Notes: a model not told the origin generated them from the letters alone. Numbered from the stretch's first letter, positions 40,059-50,481 are shown. The stretch: 64,000 nt of DNA from Candidatus Zhuqueibacterota bacterium (GCA_034505795.1 JAPDQM010000003.1:12557-76556); one strand, 5' to 3'. Numbers and translations: made by a program.

Positions 40059-41528
40059 ATGCTGGTTCAAACGTCGCAGGAGGCGAGAAAAGCCGTGAAA
40101 GTTGATGATCGCAGCGTAATTGCCGAGCAGTTGATCTTCCAATTATGGGAGCGGGGCTATTTTAGCACGATTCCCCTTACCACAATCGACGGTCGGACGG
40201 TAACTATTATTTCCACTGGCATAAAGAATGAGGATGCTGGGCCAGATTTCAAAAATATCACCATTCGGCTTGACGATACGCTATATCAGGGCGACCTGGA
40301 GATTCATCGAGCGCCGGAGGATTGGTATCAGCACAGCCATCATGCGGATGCGGCTTACAATCAAGTCATCATGCATCTGGTGATTGGGCCAATGGATGCA
40401 TCGGAACCTGCTATTCGCTTGAACCGCCATCCGGTAGCCGCCCAGGTGTTTGTCGATATCCCCGAAGAGAAATTTTATGCATTATATCAGAAGTACCAAT
40501 TAGATGTCCCCTCGACTTTGCCCGCACAAGTCTGTCAAATTCGTCACCAGCGCACCGCATCCAAATTAAAATTAATTGAATATTGGGGACTCCAACGACT
40601 ACAGGACAAAGCAGACCGTTTTACCGAACTCCGAGAGACCTGCTCCTGGAATCAGATCTTATATGTTGGCATGATGGAAGCACTGGGCTATTCGAAAAAT
40701 CAAGCACCTTTTCGTCAACTGGCTCATTTATTTCCCTTTGAAGCTGTCGCGCGGGAATTTCAACAAACACCGGCCGATGGGATGTTGGGACGGCCGCTAG
40801 GAATTTTGCTGGGATTGGCGGGTTTGCTCCCCAGTCAGGATCCAACGTTTGATTGGCGGAAAATCAAAGACAGCGAAACACAGGAATACATTCCCCAATT
40901 GGAAGAAGCGTGGCGCGAATTCTCAAACCGGCTGGGCCTAGAGCCGATGCGCCGGGAGCAGTGGCAATTTTTTCGAATGCGACCATCGAATTTCCCCACG
41001 CGACGGCTGGCTGGCGCCTGTTTAATTTTACAGCCGTTTTTGGCAACTGGCATGCTGGAACCACTTTATCGTCTGGTGGCCAACTCTGAGCAAAATCCTC
41101 TGCAAATCATCAATGCTCTTGAAAAGCATTTTATTTGTCGTACCACTGGCTACTGGGCTAGCCATTACCAGCTTGAAGATAATATATCACCGCTCGAAGA
41201 TAGCCGTTCCGCGACACTGATTGGCCAGGAGCGCGCCCGGGAGATTGTGATTAATGTGGTGCTGCCTGTAATTTTGGCTCATGCCAGAGAGATTGGAGTA
41301 TCTAACGTGGCGGAAAAAATCTGGGACCTTTATCATCACTATCCCCGCCAATCCAATAATTCCATTGTTGTGCAAATGATCGAGACCCTTTTTACCACTG
41401 AGGAAAAGGCCCGCAAGCCTATTCAGACCTCAGCCTTGCAACAGGGCCTGCTGCATCTTTATAAGCTGTATTGTCGACGCGGGGAATGCGATCATTGTTT
41501 GGAAAAAAGTCAACCGTTTTGCCGATAA
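40059..41528 (+). CDS. DUF2851-family protein
   Basis: N-terminal pattern (LIFQLWERGYF...DGRTVTIISTGIKNEDAGPDFKNITIRLDDTLYQGDLEIHRAPEDWYQHSH) recalled as typical of DUF2851. Alternative GTG start at 40095. Confidence 0.55.
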   Translation: MLVQTSQEARKAVKVDDRSVIAEQLIFQLWERGYFSTIPLTTIDGRTVTIISTGIKNEDAGPDFKNITIRLDDTLYQGDLEIHRAPEDWYQHSHHADAAYNQVIMHLVIGPMDASEPAIRLNRHPVAAQVFVDIPEEKFYALYQKYQLDVPSTLPAQVCQIRHQRTASKLKLIEYWGLQRLQDKADRFTELRETCSWNQILYVGMMEALGYSKNQAPFRQLAHLFPFEAVAREFQQTPADGMLGRPLGILLGLAGLLPSQDPTFDWRKIKDSETQEYIPQLEEAWREFSNRLGLEPMRREQWQFFRMRPSNFPTRRLAGACLILQPFLATGMLEPLYRLVANSEQNPLQIINALEKHFICRTTGYWASHYQLEDNISPLEDSRSATLIGQERAREIVINVVLPVILAHAREIGVSNVAEKIWDLYHHYPRQSNNSIVVQMIETLFTTEEKARKPIQTSALQQGLLHLYKLYCRRGECDHCLEKSQPFCR

Positions 41529-41611
41529 TCAATGCGTTGAGCTATGAGGATGCGATCTCATGAAATGACCTGAGAGCGCTCATACGGCCTCGGCCCTGGC
41601 CTTACAGGGGA

Positions 41612-42595
41612 TTAGATTAGCAGCCTACCGGCCTCCATAATTATTCGGCCGTCGATGGTAATGGTCGGTGTTTTGAGAATAAGATCCAGATGCAATTTTC
41701 CTTTCAATCGCCCCCCTTCATAAGCGTGATGCCCCAGGGCAAAATGGGCAGTACCTAACACCTTTTCATCTTCAATGGATTGCCCGGTTAGCATGGCGTG
41801 AGGATTGGTGCCAATACCAAATTCAGCGATGTTGCGACCCAGCTTGCCAAATGGTTTCAATATCTTTCGCAATTTCTCGACCTCATGGCCCCCTGTAATT
41901 TGATAAGCATACCCCTCTTTGACCTTGAGCTCGATGGAATTTTGCAGCAATCCCACGGCTGGTATGGAACCATCAACCACAATAACACCTTCAGCCCCAT
42001 GCAGATCAGGGGTGATGGCAGCTTCTCCTGCGGGTAACAGGCTAAAACTGCCCGGTTCATGAACTACCCCGGTATTGGCCATCCCTCGATGTCTGGCAAT
42101 AGGAATGGTCAAATCGGTACCAGCGGCGGTAAGCACCTGAATCTTATGCCCAATGGAAAATAGGTCCGCCAGGCGACGACTCTTGATCTCTATAAATTGA
42201 TAATCGGTGTTGATGGCGCGCATTAATGCGTCTTCTGACATCGGCTCTAAACAGAGCACACGCGCCCCATTGTGACAAAGGTGCTTTAAGGCATTGGTAT
42301 GGAGCAATGAGGTAGACGTAAATGCCACGATTGCTGACATTTGCTTGAGCAGATTTAGAATGGCAGCCGGTGGTTCGGTCCGATTCGCATGCAATGGCTG
42401 AATTTCTAACAGCGCCACTTCCGCCTTGATGCGCGGGAAAGTTTTAAATATTCTCTGGCCTAAGGTGCAAGTGGCGTGGTCGACCAGAATCAGACAGGAA
42501 TCGCCAGGAACTATTTTTAAGCAATCAGCGAAAAGTTTATGGATGGCTTTTTCTAATTTGGCCATTACTGCAAACAGGTTATTTTCTTTGCCCAA
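41612..42595 (-). CDS. M29-family (aminopeptidase T/PepS-like) protein
   Basis: C-terminal GIGTNPHA...EDEKVLGTAHFALG resembles the Peptidase_M29 signature. Shorter than typical AmpS. Confidence 0.5.
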   Translation of the reverse strand: MGKENNLFAVMAKLEKAIHKLFADCLKIVPGDSCLILVDHATCTLGQRIFKTFPRIKAEVALLEIQPLHANRTEPPAAILNLLKQMSAIVAFTSTSLLHTNALKHLCHNGARVLCLEPMSEDALMRAINTDYQFIEIKSRRLADLFSIGHKIQVLTAAGTDLTIPIARHRGMANTGVVHEPGSFSLLPAGEAAITPDLHGAEGVIVVDGSIPAVGLLQNSIELKVKEGYAYQITGGHEVEKLRKILKPFGKLGRNIAEFGIGTNPHAMLTGQSIEDEKVLGTAHFALGHHAYEGGRLKGKLHLDLILKTPTITIDGRIIMEAGRLLI

Positions 42596-42666
42596 AATAT
42601 ATGGGCGGAATCGAATTCAATCCAGAAAATTGGTTATTTGATGGATTTATTAATCAATGGCGGATA

Positions 42667-43008
42667 TTAGCCAGAGCGAAATTCCAATAGCTGCAATCGC
42701 TGCAACCGTTGCATAAAAATGGCCACTCGCTCATCGGCCATCGCTGCGTCGGCTGGAAAATTTTCTTTAAAAAGCTTCACGATTTGTTTGACGGTCTGAC
42801 TGCCGTTGCATTGCTGCCACACAAAACTGCCGAAGCGATCCAATGCGATCCTGAAATAGGGCTTTTTCAGCTTTGGCAGCAGATATTTTACCAACAGTGG
42901 ATGGCGAAATTTTGGCTGAAGCACGACAATACTACCATCGCTGACGGTTTCAGATTGAACAGTTACTATTGGGATGAGATCGAAAAGATTTGTTGTCGAT
43001 TGACTCAT
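42667..43008 (-). CDS. PqqD-family protein (RiPP recognition element-like peptide-binding domain)
   Basis: PYFRIALDRFGSFVWQQCNGSQTVKQIVKLFKENFP...ERVAIFMQRLQRLQLL matches the PqqD/RRE pattern (yF.LN..g..iW.l.dG..tv.eI...l...f.....v..fl..L...gli). Confidence 0.7.
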   Translation of the reverse strand: MSQSTTNLFDLIPIVTVQSETVSDGSIVVLQPKFRHPLLVKYLLPKLKKPYFRIALDRFGSFVWQQCNGSQTVKQIVKLFKENFPADAAMADERVAIFMQRLQRLQLLEFRSG

Positions 43009-43103
43009 GTTCTATAGCTTTTGCTGGACATCTTTTTGGCCAGATGCCATTCGCGTAAATCGCCTTCATTCGCCTGACCATGGCTACCAGGCTTTTTCTG
43101 CAT
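43005..43103 (-). CDS. candidate 32-aa small ORF (MQKKPGSHGQANEGDLREWHLAKKMSSKSYRT) whose stop overlaps the PqqD-like start (ATGA)
   Basis: Read directly from the minus strand. Below the 60-aa track cutoff. No other support. Confidence 0.2.
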   Translation of the reverse strand: MQKKPGSHGQANEGDLREWHLAKKMSSKSYRT

Positions 43104-43263
43104 ATCCCTCGCCGGGAAATTTCAGAATATGTTTTTTAGCAAAATGAGAGCCGCCATGAAAATTAGCAGCCCCAGTACTAATCCGAATGCATGGATGTAT
43201 TGTTTTGTTTGATTGCCATCATCAGAGAGGCATCGCAGCCTCTCTGATGATATTGAATAAGTT

Positions 43264-45327
43264 CTACATCACAGCACTGGGCGGCGCAGGTTCATCCGCT
43301 TTACCAGCATTTTTCAATGGGAATTGGATTAAAATCCAGCCAATAAAGATGAACACCAACAAGCTGACCGAGAACGGCAACGGCAAGATTGAAAACAGCC
43401 GCGGCAGAAAATTGCCATAATCGACTTCGCCCACCGCCAGCGCAGCGAATATCAATCCCACCAGCGCCTCGCCGGCAATCAAGCCTGCCGCCAACAATAT
43501 ACCAGTATTTTCGATGCGGGCCTTCTGTGCGTCATTGTGCTGTCGGGCCGCGCTCATTTTTTCGACGATTCCTTTGATCAGACCACCAATAAAAATAGCA
43601 AATGTGGTCTCCAATGGCAGATACATGCCAACGCTAACCAGCATCGGGCTTCTAACCTGCATCAGGATGAAACCAAAGCCCATGAACATCCCAACGATAA
43701 TCAATGGCCAGGCCATTTCACCGCCTACAATGCCTTTGGCTAATAAGGCCATCAAACCGGCTTGCGGCGCAGGCAATTTGGCGCTCCCAAAACCGCCCTC
43801 ATACGGCGGATCGGCCAATTTCCCCTGATTGATGTCGCCCTGGTGCAAAATAAACAACGGCACAAACATGACCAGCGCCGATAGTCCGACACCGAGCAAA
43901 TCCCCAACCTGCATTTTCCAGGGAGTACCACCCAGGATATGCCCAACTTTCAGATCCTGTAGCATCTCGCCAGCGACCGCAGCAGAGACACAGACGACTG
44001 CGGCCACGCCCAGCACGGCCGCCACACCAGGTTCGCCCTTCATGCCGAGAACTACCATCAGGATCGCAGCCACCAGCAGAGTAGAAATCGTGAGACCACT
44101 GATAGGATTATTGCTCGATCCGATGATGCCAACAAGGTAGCCCGAGACCGCGGCAAAGAAAAAGCCCGCGATAATCATCACGATCATTGCAACCAATGCC
44201 GCGACCACGTTTTGAGCAAAGAAATAGTAAATAAAAAAGGTGGCAATGGCAGTGAGCAAAATGCCCAACATGACCTGCTGCAGCTTTAAATCCTGCTCGG
44301 TTCGCAACACCACCTGCTCCCCGGTAGCGGCTTTTTTTACATCGCCAATGGAGCGCTTGATGCCGATGGCCAGGCTGTTGCGCATCCGGAACAGAGTATA
44401 AGCAGCACTCATCAACATGCCGCCAATGGCGATAGGTCGCACGATACGGCTCCAGACGTTATTGGCCATGGCCACCCAGGTGGCTTCCGCTGCGCCTTCC
44501 GGCAATAGCGACGGACCAATAAAATAAGTGATAATTGGCACAAAGAGCCCCCAGGCCAACAGGCCGCCACTGAAGTTTAGCGAAGCCAGTTTGGGACCGA
44601 TGATATAGCCCACGCCGATGTAGGCCGGCTTAACACCTGGAGAACTGAGCAACAAACCGCTCTGCCCGGCAGTATTACCACTGGATAGCAGGCCGATGGT
44701 TTTTTTGGCAAAGGGGACAAAGTGCTCCCAAGTGGTTCTGAACAGATTCAACGACGCCAACGTTTGAATAAATGCACCAACGCCCATCGCGCTGAAGAGA
44801 AATTTGGCGCCGGTGCCACCCGCACGACCCGCCTTGTGAATTTCCGCAGCGGCAACCGATTCCGGGAATGGTAATTCAGCATCTTCCACCATCACCCGGC
44901 GCAGGAGCGCTACAAACATAATGCCCAACACACCGCCGACGAGCATGATTGCGGCGGACTGCAGGTAATGGCCTGTGGTAACAAACTCTTTCCAGATGCC
45001 TGCCAGAAAAAACGCCGGGATGGTAAAAATGGCACCCGCGGCTACCGACTCGCCAATGGAACCGACCGTACGAGCGAAGTTCTCCTCAAGAATGTTGCCC
45101 CTGACGACGCGCAGAATGGCCATGCCGATCACTGCGGCGGGATAGGTCGCAGCGATGGTCATACCGGCTTTCAATCCCAAATAAACGTTAGCCGCGCCGA
45201 GAACCACTGCCATCACCAGGCCGATCAGCAACGCACGAAGCGTAAACTCCTTCATGCTGGTGCTGGCTGGTACATAGGGTTGATAACGAGGACCTGCTGC
45301 GGAAGAACTGCTTTTGATTTCTGCCAT
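43264..45327 (-). CDS. OPT-family oligopeptide transporter
   Basis: N-terminus REFTLRALLIGLVMAVVLGAANVYLGLKAGMTIAATYPAAVIGMAILR and roughly 15 TM segments typical of bacterial OPT. Confidence 0.85.
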   Translation of the reverse strand: MAEIKSSSSAAGPRYQPYVPASTSMKEFTLRALLIGLVMAVVLGAANVYLGLKAGMTIAATYPAAVIGMAILRVVRGNILEENFARTVGSIGESVAAGAIFTIPAFFLAGIWKEFVTTGHYLQSAAIMLVGGVLGIMFVALLRRVMVEDAELPFPESVAAAEIHKAGRAGGTGAKFLFSAMGVGAFIQTLASLNLFRTTWEHFVPFAKKTIGLLSSGNTAGQSGLLLSSPGVKPAYIGVGYIIGPKLASLNFSGGLLAWGLFVPIITYFIGPSLLPEGAAEATWVAMANNVWSRIVRPIAIGGMLMSAAYTLFRMRNSLAIGIKRSIGDVKKAATGEQVVLRTEQDLKLQQVMLGILLTAIATFFIYYFFAQNVVAALVAMIVMIIAGFFFAAVSGYLVGIIGSSNNPISGLTISTLLVAAILMVVLGMKGEPGVAAVLGVAAVVCVSAAVAGEMLQDLKVGHILGGTPWKMQVGDLLGVGLSALVMFVPLFILHQGDINQGKLADPPYEGGFGSAKLPAPQAGLMALLAKGIVGGEMAWPLIIVGMFMGFGFILMQVRSPMLVSVGMYLPLETTFAIFIGGLIKGIVEKMSAARQHNDAQKARIENTGILLAAGLIAGEALVGLIFAALAVGEVDYGNFLPRLFSILPLPFSVSLLVFIFIGWILIQFPLKNAGKADEPAPPSAVM

Positions 45328-45517
45328 GCTTCCTCCTACTCCTTAAAATCGATGTGAATAACCGTTATATAGACCCATTCGAATTAGCTTCCTGCAAAAT
45401 AAAATAAAAACGGCAAAATGTCAAGAAAAAAATAGTTCAGAGACAATATTGCTAACCACGAGACTTGCATTTACGAAAAAAAATCCGTATATTCCGACCA
45501 ACAATTGTTAAGGAAGC

Positions 45518-46318
45518 ATGGCCATTCTCAACGACATTACGCTGGGTCAATATTTCCCGGTTGATTCTTTTGTACATCGTCTGGACCCGCGCACCAAAAT
45601 TCTGGTAATTCTGGTCGCTATGATATTGTTCGTCCTTACGAACAGCATCCTGAAACTGCTGCTTTCGCTGGTGATCATTTTTGGGTTGATCGGCATCTCG
45701 CACCTGCCGCTGATTCTGGTATTAAGAAATCTGCGACCATTTTTATGGCTGATTTTATTGACGATTGGGCTGCATCTTTTTTTAACTGATCAAGACGTCA
45801 AAATAGTCGCCATTCCCTGGATCGGGATCGCCGTATCAAAAACGGGTTTGCTCAATGGCGCACTTTATTCTGCTCGGTTGGTGATTTTGATTCTTCTGGC
45901 CACAATTTTGACCCTGACCACGTCACCCATGGAGATTACCGATGCGCTGGATCGTTTTTTAAGGCCATTACAAAAATGCGGCGTGGCAACACATGACATC
46001 ACCATGATGATGACGCTGTCATTGCGCTTTATTCCGACCTTAATCGAGGAGGCTGATAAGATCCAGAAGGCGCAGATTTCCCGCGGGGCAACGTTTGAGG
46101 GAAACTTCATTCGACGGATAAAAAGTGTGATCCCGCTAATACTGCCGCTATTCATATCGGTATTTCGCAGAGCAGATGAACTGGCGCTGGCGATGGATGC
46201 GCGCTGCTATAACGGGGGGCCGGGAAGGACCAGTTTCCAATCGCTCGCGTTTGAACGCAATGACTATTATTTCATGGCCGCTGCCCTGTGCCTGATGATC
46301 TTGTTCGTTATTTTTTAG
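45518..46318 (+). CDS. ecfT: energy-coupling-factor transporter transmembrane component (EcfT/CbiQ family)
   Basis: CbiQ-like multi-TM layout, LDPRTKIL start, conserved Arg-rich C-terminal region. Confidence 0.75.
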   Translation: MAILNDITLGQYFPVDSFVHRLDPRTKILVILVAMILFVLTNSILKLLLSLVIIFGLIGISHLPLILVLRNLRPFLWLILLTIGLHLFLTDQDVKIVAIPWIGIAVSKTGLLNGALYSARLVILILLATILTLTTSPMEITDALDRFLRPLQKCGVATHDITMMMTLSLRFIPTLIEEADKIQKAQISRGATFEGNFIRRIKSVIPLILPLFISVFRRADELALAMDARCYNGGPGRTSFQSLAFERNDYYFMAAALCLMILFVIF

Positions 46319-46324
46319 CAATCA

Positions 46325-46455
46325 ATGAATGCACTCTAAAAGCCGCCAATTCTGCCAATTTTGCTGATTCCGCTAATTTGAAATTCTATAAAATCAATTA
46401 GCGAAATTATTCCGCCAGTTGGCAGACGGTCAAAGCCTTGTTAGAGTGGAATCAT
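46325..46455. repeat. intergenic repeat element copy 2 (about 131 bp) with terminal inverted repeats ATGAATGCACTCTAA / TTAGAGTGGAATCAT
   Basis: Same termini and internal blocks as copy 1. Carries extra internal CCGCYAATT sub-repeats. Confidence 0.65.
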
Positions 46456-46471
46456 CAATATAACTTGAAAC

Positions 46472-47206
46472 ATGCGAAATATCAAATTGGTGCTCGAATA
46501 CGACGGTACTGATTTTCACGGCTGGCAATATCAACCCAACTTGCGTACGGTTCAGGGAGATTTGCAGGATGTCCTGACGAAAATTTTTGGTAGCGAGATA
46601 GTGGTCATTGGCGCCGGGCGAACGGATGCTGGTGTCCACGCCCGAGGACAGGTAGCCAATTTCAAGCTCGATCATCCGATGCCGCCAGCTAAAATCATGG
46701 CCGCGTTGAATGGCAATCTCGCGCGGGATGTTCGAATTATGGCGGTCAAGGAGGTACCACTCGAGTTTCACGCCCGGTTCGATGCCATTCGTCGGCATTA
46801 TAGCTACACCATTGCCCGGCAGGAGCGGGCCATCAATCGCTTTTATTGCTGGACCTATCGCTCGCCGCTAGATGTTGCCCGAATGCAGGAAGCCTCAAAT
46901 CATCTGTTAGGGGATCACGATTTTCGGGCCTTTTGCCGGATGGACGATCCGCAAGAGGGGCATATTTGCTGTATTGAAAAGATTCAATGGGAACAATTTG
47001 CAAATGCATTGATTTTAAATATCGTCGCCAATCGTTTCTTGCACCACATGGTGCGAATTATTGTTGGTACGATGCTCAATGTGGGCCGGGGATTTACTAC
47101 CGTGGCAGAAATTCCCGGGATTCTTGAATCGCACGATCGAAACAAAGCCGGCCCCACGGTGCCGGCAAAGGGCTTGTGTCTGGAAAAAATTGATTACGCA
47201 TATTGA
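46472..47206 (+). CDS. truA: tRNA pseudouridine(38-40) synthase
   Basis: [31 protein letters not shown]. Confidence 0.9.
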   Translation: MRNIKLVLEYDGTDFHGWQYQPNLRTVQGDLQDVLTKIFGSEIVVIGAGRTDAGVHARGQVANFKLDHPMPPAKIMAALNGNLARDVRIMAVKEVPLEFHARFDAIRRHYSYTIARQERAINRFYCWTYRSPLDVARMQEASNHLLGDHDFRAFCRMDDPQEGHICCIEKIQWEQFANALILNIVANRFLHHMVRIIVGTMLNVGRGFTTVAEIPGILESHDRNKAGPTVPAKGLCLEKIDYAY

Positions 47207-47226
47207 AACTAAACCGGAGGTTGCGA

Positions 47227-47873
47227 TGAAGTTCTTTATTGATACGGCAGATATTCAGGAAATCAAGCAAGCCGCAGAGCTGGGGGTTTTGGATGGTGTG
47301 ACCACAAATCCATCCTTGATTTCAAAAGTACCTGGCAAATTTGAAGATATTCTGCGCTCGATTTGTGAGGTGGTTCATGGCCCCGTCAGTGCTGAAGTCG
47401 TCAGCCTGGATGCGCCGGGGATGATTCGCGAAGGCCGCGAATTGGCCAAAATTCATCCGAATATTGTGATCAAAATTCCCATCACTCGGGAGGGGCTGAA
47501 GGCCATTAAACAACTGGAAGCTGAAGGCATTCGGGTGAACGTCACGCTGATTTTTAGCCCATCGCAAGCATTGCTGGCGGCCAAAGCTGGCGCCAGTTTC
47601 GTCAGTCCTTTCGTGGGCCGAATTGATGATATCAGCGATTGGGGAATGGATCTGGTACGCGACATTGCAACCATTTTCAAAAACTACGATTTTAAGACGG
47701 AAATCATTGTGGCCAGCATTCGGAATCCAGTGCATGTTGTAGAAGCAGCTTTAGCCGGTGCGCATATTGCGACCATTCCATTCAAGGTTATCGAGCAGTT
47801 GGTAAAACATCCTCTCACCGATATTGGTATCCAAAATTTTTTGAAAGACTGGGAAAAGGTTAAGAATCGTTAG
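47227..47873 (+). CDS. tal: transaldolase / fructose-6-phosphate aldolase (short type)
   Basis: [39 protein letters not shown]. Start at 47227 and not the track's 47061. Confidence 0.85.
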
Positions 47874-47967
47874 CATTGGGTCCAGACAATCACATAATGG
47901 TGGCAACAGATGCCGCTATTCGGAGACTCCAGCAATCGGATGAAATGTTTGATGAGGATTTTGATTT

Positions 47968-49173
47968 ATGAGAAAATTCCTATCATATTTCTTTGTCTTT
48001 GTCGTTGGAACGTCGGTGGGCATCCTCATCTGGTCGTATTGGTTGGATCGAGTCCGGGAACCAATTTTTTACAGCACCAGCTTGCCATCCGCCGGTCCGG
48101 TCAAGGGGGCTAACCCGTCAGTAGCCATGCGTCAGGTAAACAGCCAGCAATTGGCTAACTCGCGCCAGACCGTGATCACGGAAGCGGTTAAAGCGGTCAG
48201 TCCAGCAGTGGTGGGAATCAATGTGCTTCAGATCAAAGAATCTCGCTCACCGGAATGGGTTTATGATGATGACTTTTTCCGTTTTTTCTTCCCGGAACAG
48301 CGGCAACAGGTGAAAGGTCTGGGCTCCGGCTTTATCATTTCCACTGATGGTTATATTGTCACCAATGAGCATGTGGTGAACCGTGCTACAGAAATCATGG
48401 TCACCCTTCCCAATGGCAAAAAATATAATGCGCAATTGGTGGCCAGCGATTATATTTCGGATATTGCTTTGCTGAAGATCAATACCAAAGAGTCATTGCC
48501 GTACGCTATTTTGGGGGATTCTGATGATTTGATCATTGGCGAATGGGCGATTGCTATTGGCAATCCCTTTGGCTTGTTTGATATGGGTCAGCCTTCAGTG
48601 TCGCAGGGTATTATCAGCGCTACCGATCGGGATTTTGGACGACAAAACGACAGCCGTGTGTACAAGGATATGATTCAGACCGATGCGGCAATCAATGCGG
48701 GCAATAGCGGTGGGCCATTGGTGAATAGCCTGGGTGAGGTCATCGGAATCAATGCCTTTATCTATTCCGGCAGTGAGAACAACGCCACCAATATCGGCCT
48801 GGGCTTTGCCATCCCCATTAACCGCGCTAAAAAAATAATTAGCGAATTGCGGCAATATGGTGGAGTCAATCGGCGTTTCTGGACCGGCCTAGAAGTGGAA
48901 AACTTGAATTACTCGCTGGCTCGGTACCTGGGCTTAAATAGCACCAAAGGAGTGATCATTTCAAATATCGAATCCCGCAGCCCAGCCGCTCGAGCGCAGT
49001 TGCAAGTGGGTGATGTGATCGTTAGCATCGACGATCATGAAATTCAGAATACTCGCGACATCTGGCGCGTTATTGAAGACACGGATGCCAAAGGTGGCGA
49101 TGTGCTGATGCTAAAGGTGATACGCAGAGGCAGATATTTAAATATCCCGCTCCAATTAGAAGAACTCAAATGA
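47968..49173 (+). CDS. htrA: HtrA/DegP-family serine endopeptidase with a PDZ domain (intact triad)
   Basis: TNEHVV (His), DIALLKI (Asp), GNSGGPLVN (Ser), C-terminal PDZ. Confidence 0.85.
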   Translation: MRKFLSYFFVFVVGTSVGILIWSYWLDRVREPIFYSTSLPSAGPVKGANPSVAMRQVNSQQLANSRQTVITEAVKAVSPAVVGINVLQIKESRSPEWVYDDDFFRFFFPEQRQQVKGLGSGFIISTDGYIVTNEHVVNRATEIMVTLPNGKKYNAQLVASDYISDIALLKINTKESLPYAILGDSDDLIIGEWAIAIGNPFGLFDMGQPSVSQGIISATDRDFGRQNDSRVYKDMIQTDAAINAGNSGGPLVNSLGEVIGINAFIYSGSENNATNIGLGFAIPINRAKKIISELRQYGGVNRRFWTGLEVENLNYSLARYLGLNSTKGVIISNIESRSPAARAQLQVGDVIVSIDDHEIQNTRDIWRVIEDTDAKGGDVLMLKVIRRGRYLNIPLQLEELK

Positions 49174-49182
49174 GGCTTAATC

Positions 49183-50481
49183 GTGATTGAGCGCTATTCT
49201 CGTCCGCGCATGGCAGCCATCTGGACGGACGAAAATAAATTCCAAAAATGGCTGGAAGTTGAAATTTGCGTATGTGAAGTTCAGGCGGAGTTGGGCCTGA
49301 TCCCGACCGCAGCAGTGGAACAAATCCGCACTCGCGCACAGTTTAACAAGCAACGAATTCTTGACATCGAACGAGAGGTTAAGCACGACGTCATTGCCTT
49401 TTTGACCAACGTGGGCGAAAATGTTGGTGATGCCGCGCGCTATATCCATCTGGGGATGACCTCCTCAGATTTGCTGGATACAGCGATGGCGTTGCTGCTG
49501 CGCGAAGCGGGAGAGATTATCCTGGAGGACATGGCGCAGCTTCGTTCGGCCATTCGGAGCAGAGCGCTGGAGCATAAATATACGGTATGCATCGGACGCT
49601 CTCATGGTGTTCATGCCGAGCCGACGACCTTCGGCCTAAAGCTGGCGGTCTGGTACGACGAGGTCGGTCGCCACATCGAGCGGCTGCGACATGCTCTGGC
49701 GACGATAGCGGTCGGCAAAGTTTCAGGGGCAGTTGGCACCTTTGCTCATCTGGATCCGATCATTGAAGAGCGAGTTTGCCAAAAATTGGGGTTGCGGCCG
49801 GCGCCGGCTTCCACTCAGATTATTCAGCGCGATCGCTATGCGGAATTTCTCACAACCCTGGCGCTGATTGGCAGTTCGATAGAAAAATTTGCAACAGAAA
49901 TCCGAAATCTGCAGCGTACGGAAATTCTGGAAGTCGAAGAATTTTTTTCCAGTGGTCAGAAGGGGTCTTCAGCCATGCCGCATAAGCGCAATCCGGTCAG
50001 TTGCGAACAGCTTTGTGGACTCAGTCGCGTCCTACGCGCCAATGCTCTGGCTAGCCTCGAAAACATCAGCCTATGGCATGAACGAGATATTACCCACTCG
50101 TCCGTTGAACGAATTATAATTCCCGATAGCACGATTCTCATCGATTACATGCTGCAGCGGTTGACCGAAATCATTAGACACCTGCTGGTGTACCCGGACA
50201 ATATGCGCCGGAACTTGGAGCGGATGAGAGGGCTGATTTTTTCGCAAATGGTGTTGTTAGCTCTTACGCGTAAGGGCATGGCGCGTGAGATCGCTTATCG
50301 GCTGGTACAGCAAAGCGCCATGGAAGTCTGGCAAAGCAACCATGATTTTAAACAGCTTCTTCTGGCGCAGCCAGAGATCATGGAGGTACTGACGCCGGCT
50401 GAAATTGAAAACTGTTTTGATCTAAAGACGCATTTAAGGAATGTTGATAAAATTTTCGAGCGTGTCGGAATTGTAGCATAA
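49183..50481 (+). CDS. purB: adenylosuccinate lyase
   Basis: MIERYSRPRMAAIW..., SSAMPHKRNP signature. Confidence 0.9.
   Translation: MIERYSRPRMAAIWTDENKFQKWLEVEICVCEVQAELGLIPTAAVEQIRTRAQFNKQRILDIEREVKHDVIAFLTNVGENVGDAARYIHLGMTSSDLLDTAMALLLREAGEIILEDMAQLRSAIRSRALEHKYTVCIGRSHGVHAEPTTFGLKLAVWYDEVGRHIERLRHALATIAVGKVSGAVGTFAHLDPIIEERVCQKLGLRPAPASTQIIQRDRYAEFLTTLALIGSSIEKFATEIRNLQRTEILEVEEFFSSGQKGSSAMPHKRNPVSCEQLCGLSRVLRANALASLENISLWHERDITHSSVERIIIPDSTILIDYMLQRLTEIIRHLLVYPDNMRRNLERMRGLIFSQMVLLALTRKGMAREIAYRLVQQSAMEVWQSNHDFKQLLLAQPEIMEVLTPAEIENCFDLKTHLRNVDKIFERVGIVA

Noticed and set aside
43222-43250. 14-bp perfect hairpin (ATCATCAGAGAGGC-ATCGCA-GCCTCTCTGATGAT) just downstream of the OPT gene
   Set aside because: It is not followed by a U-run on either strand, so I did not call it an intrinsic terminator. 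It may still be an RNA stability element.
47061-47226. Upstream extension of the transaldolase ORF (track start 47061)
   Set aside because: It overlaps the truA 3' end. The ATG at 47227 has a GGAGG RBS and matches the canonical Tal N-terminus MKFFIDTA.
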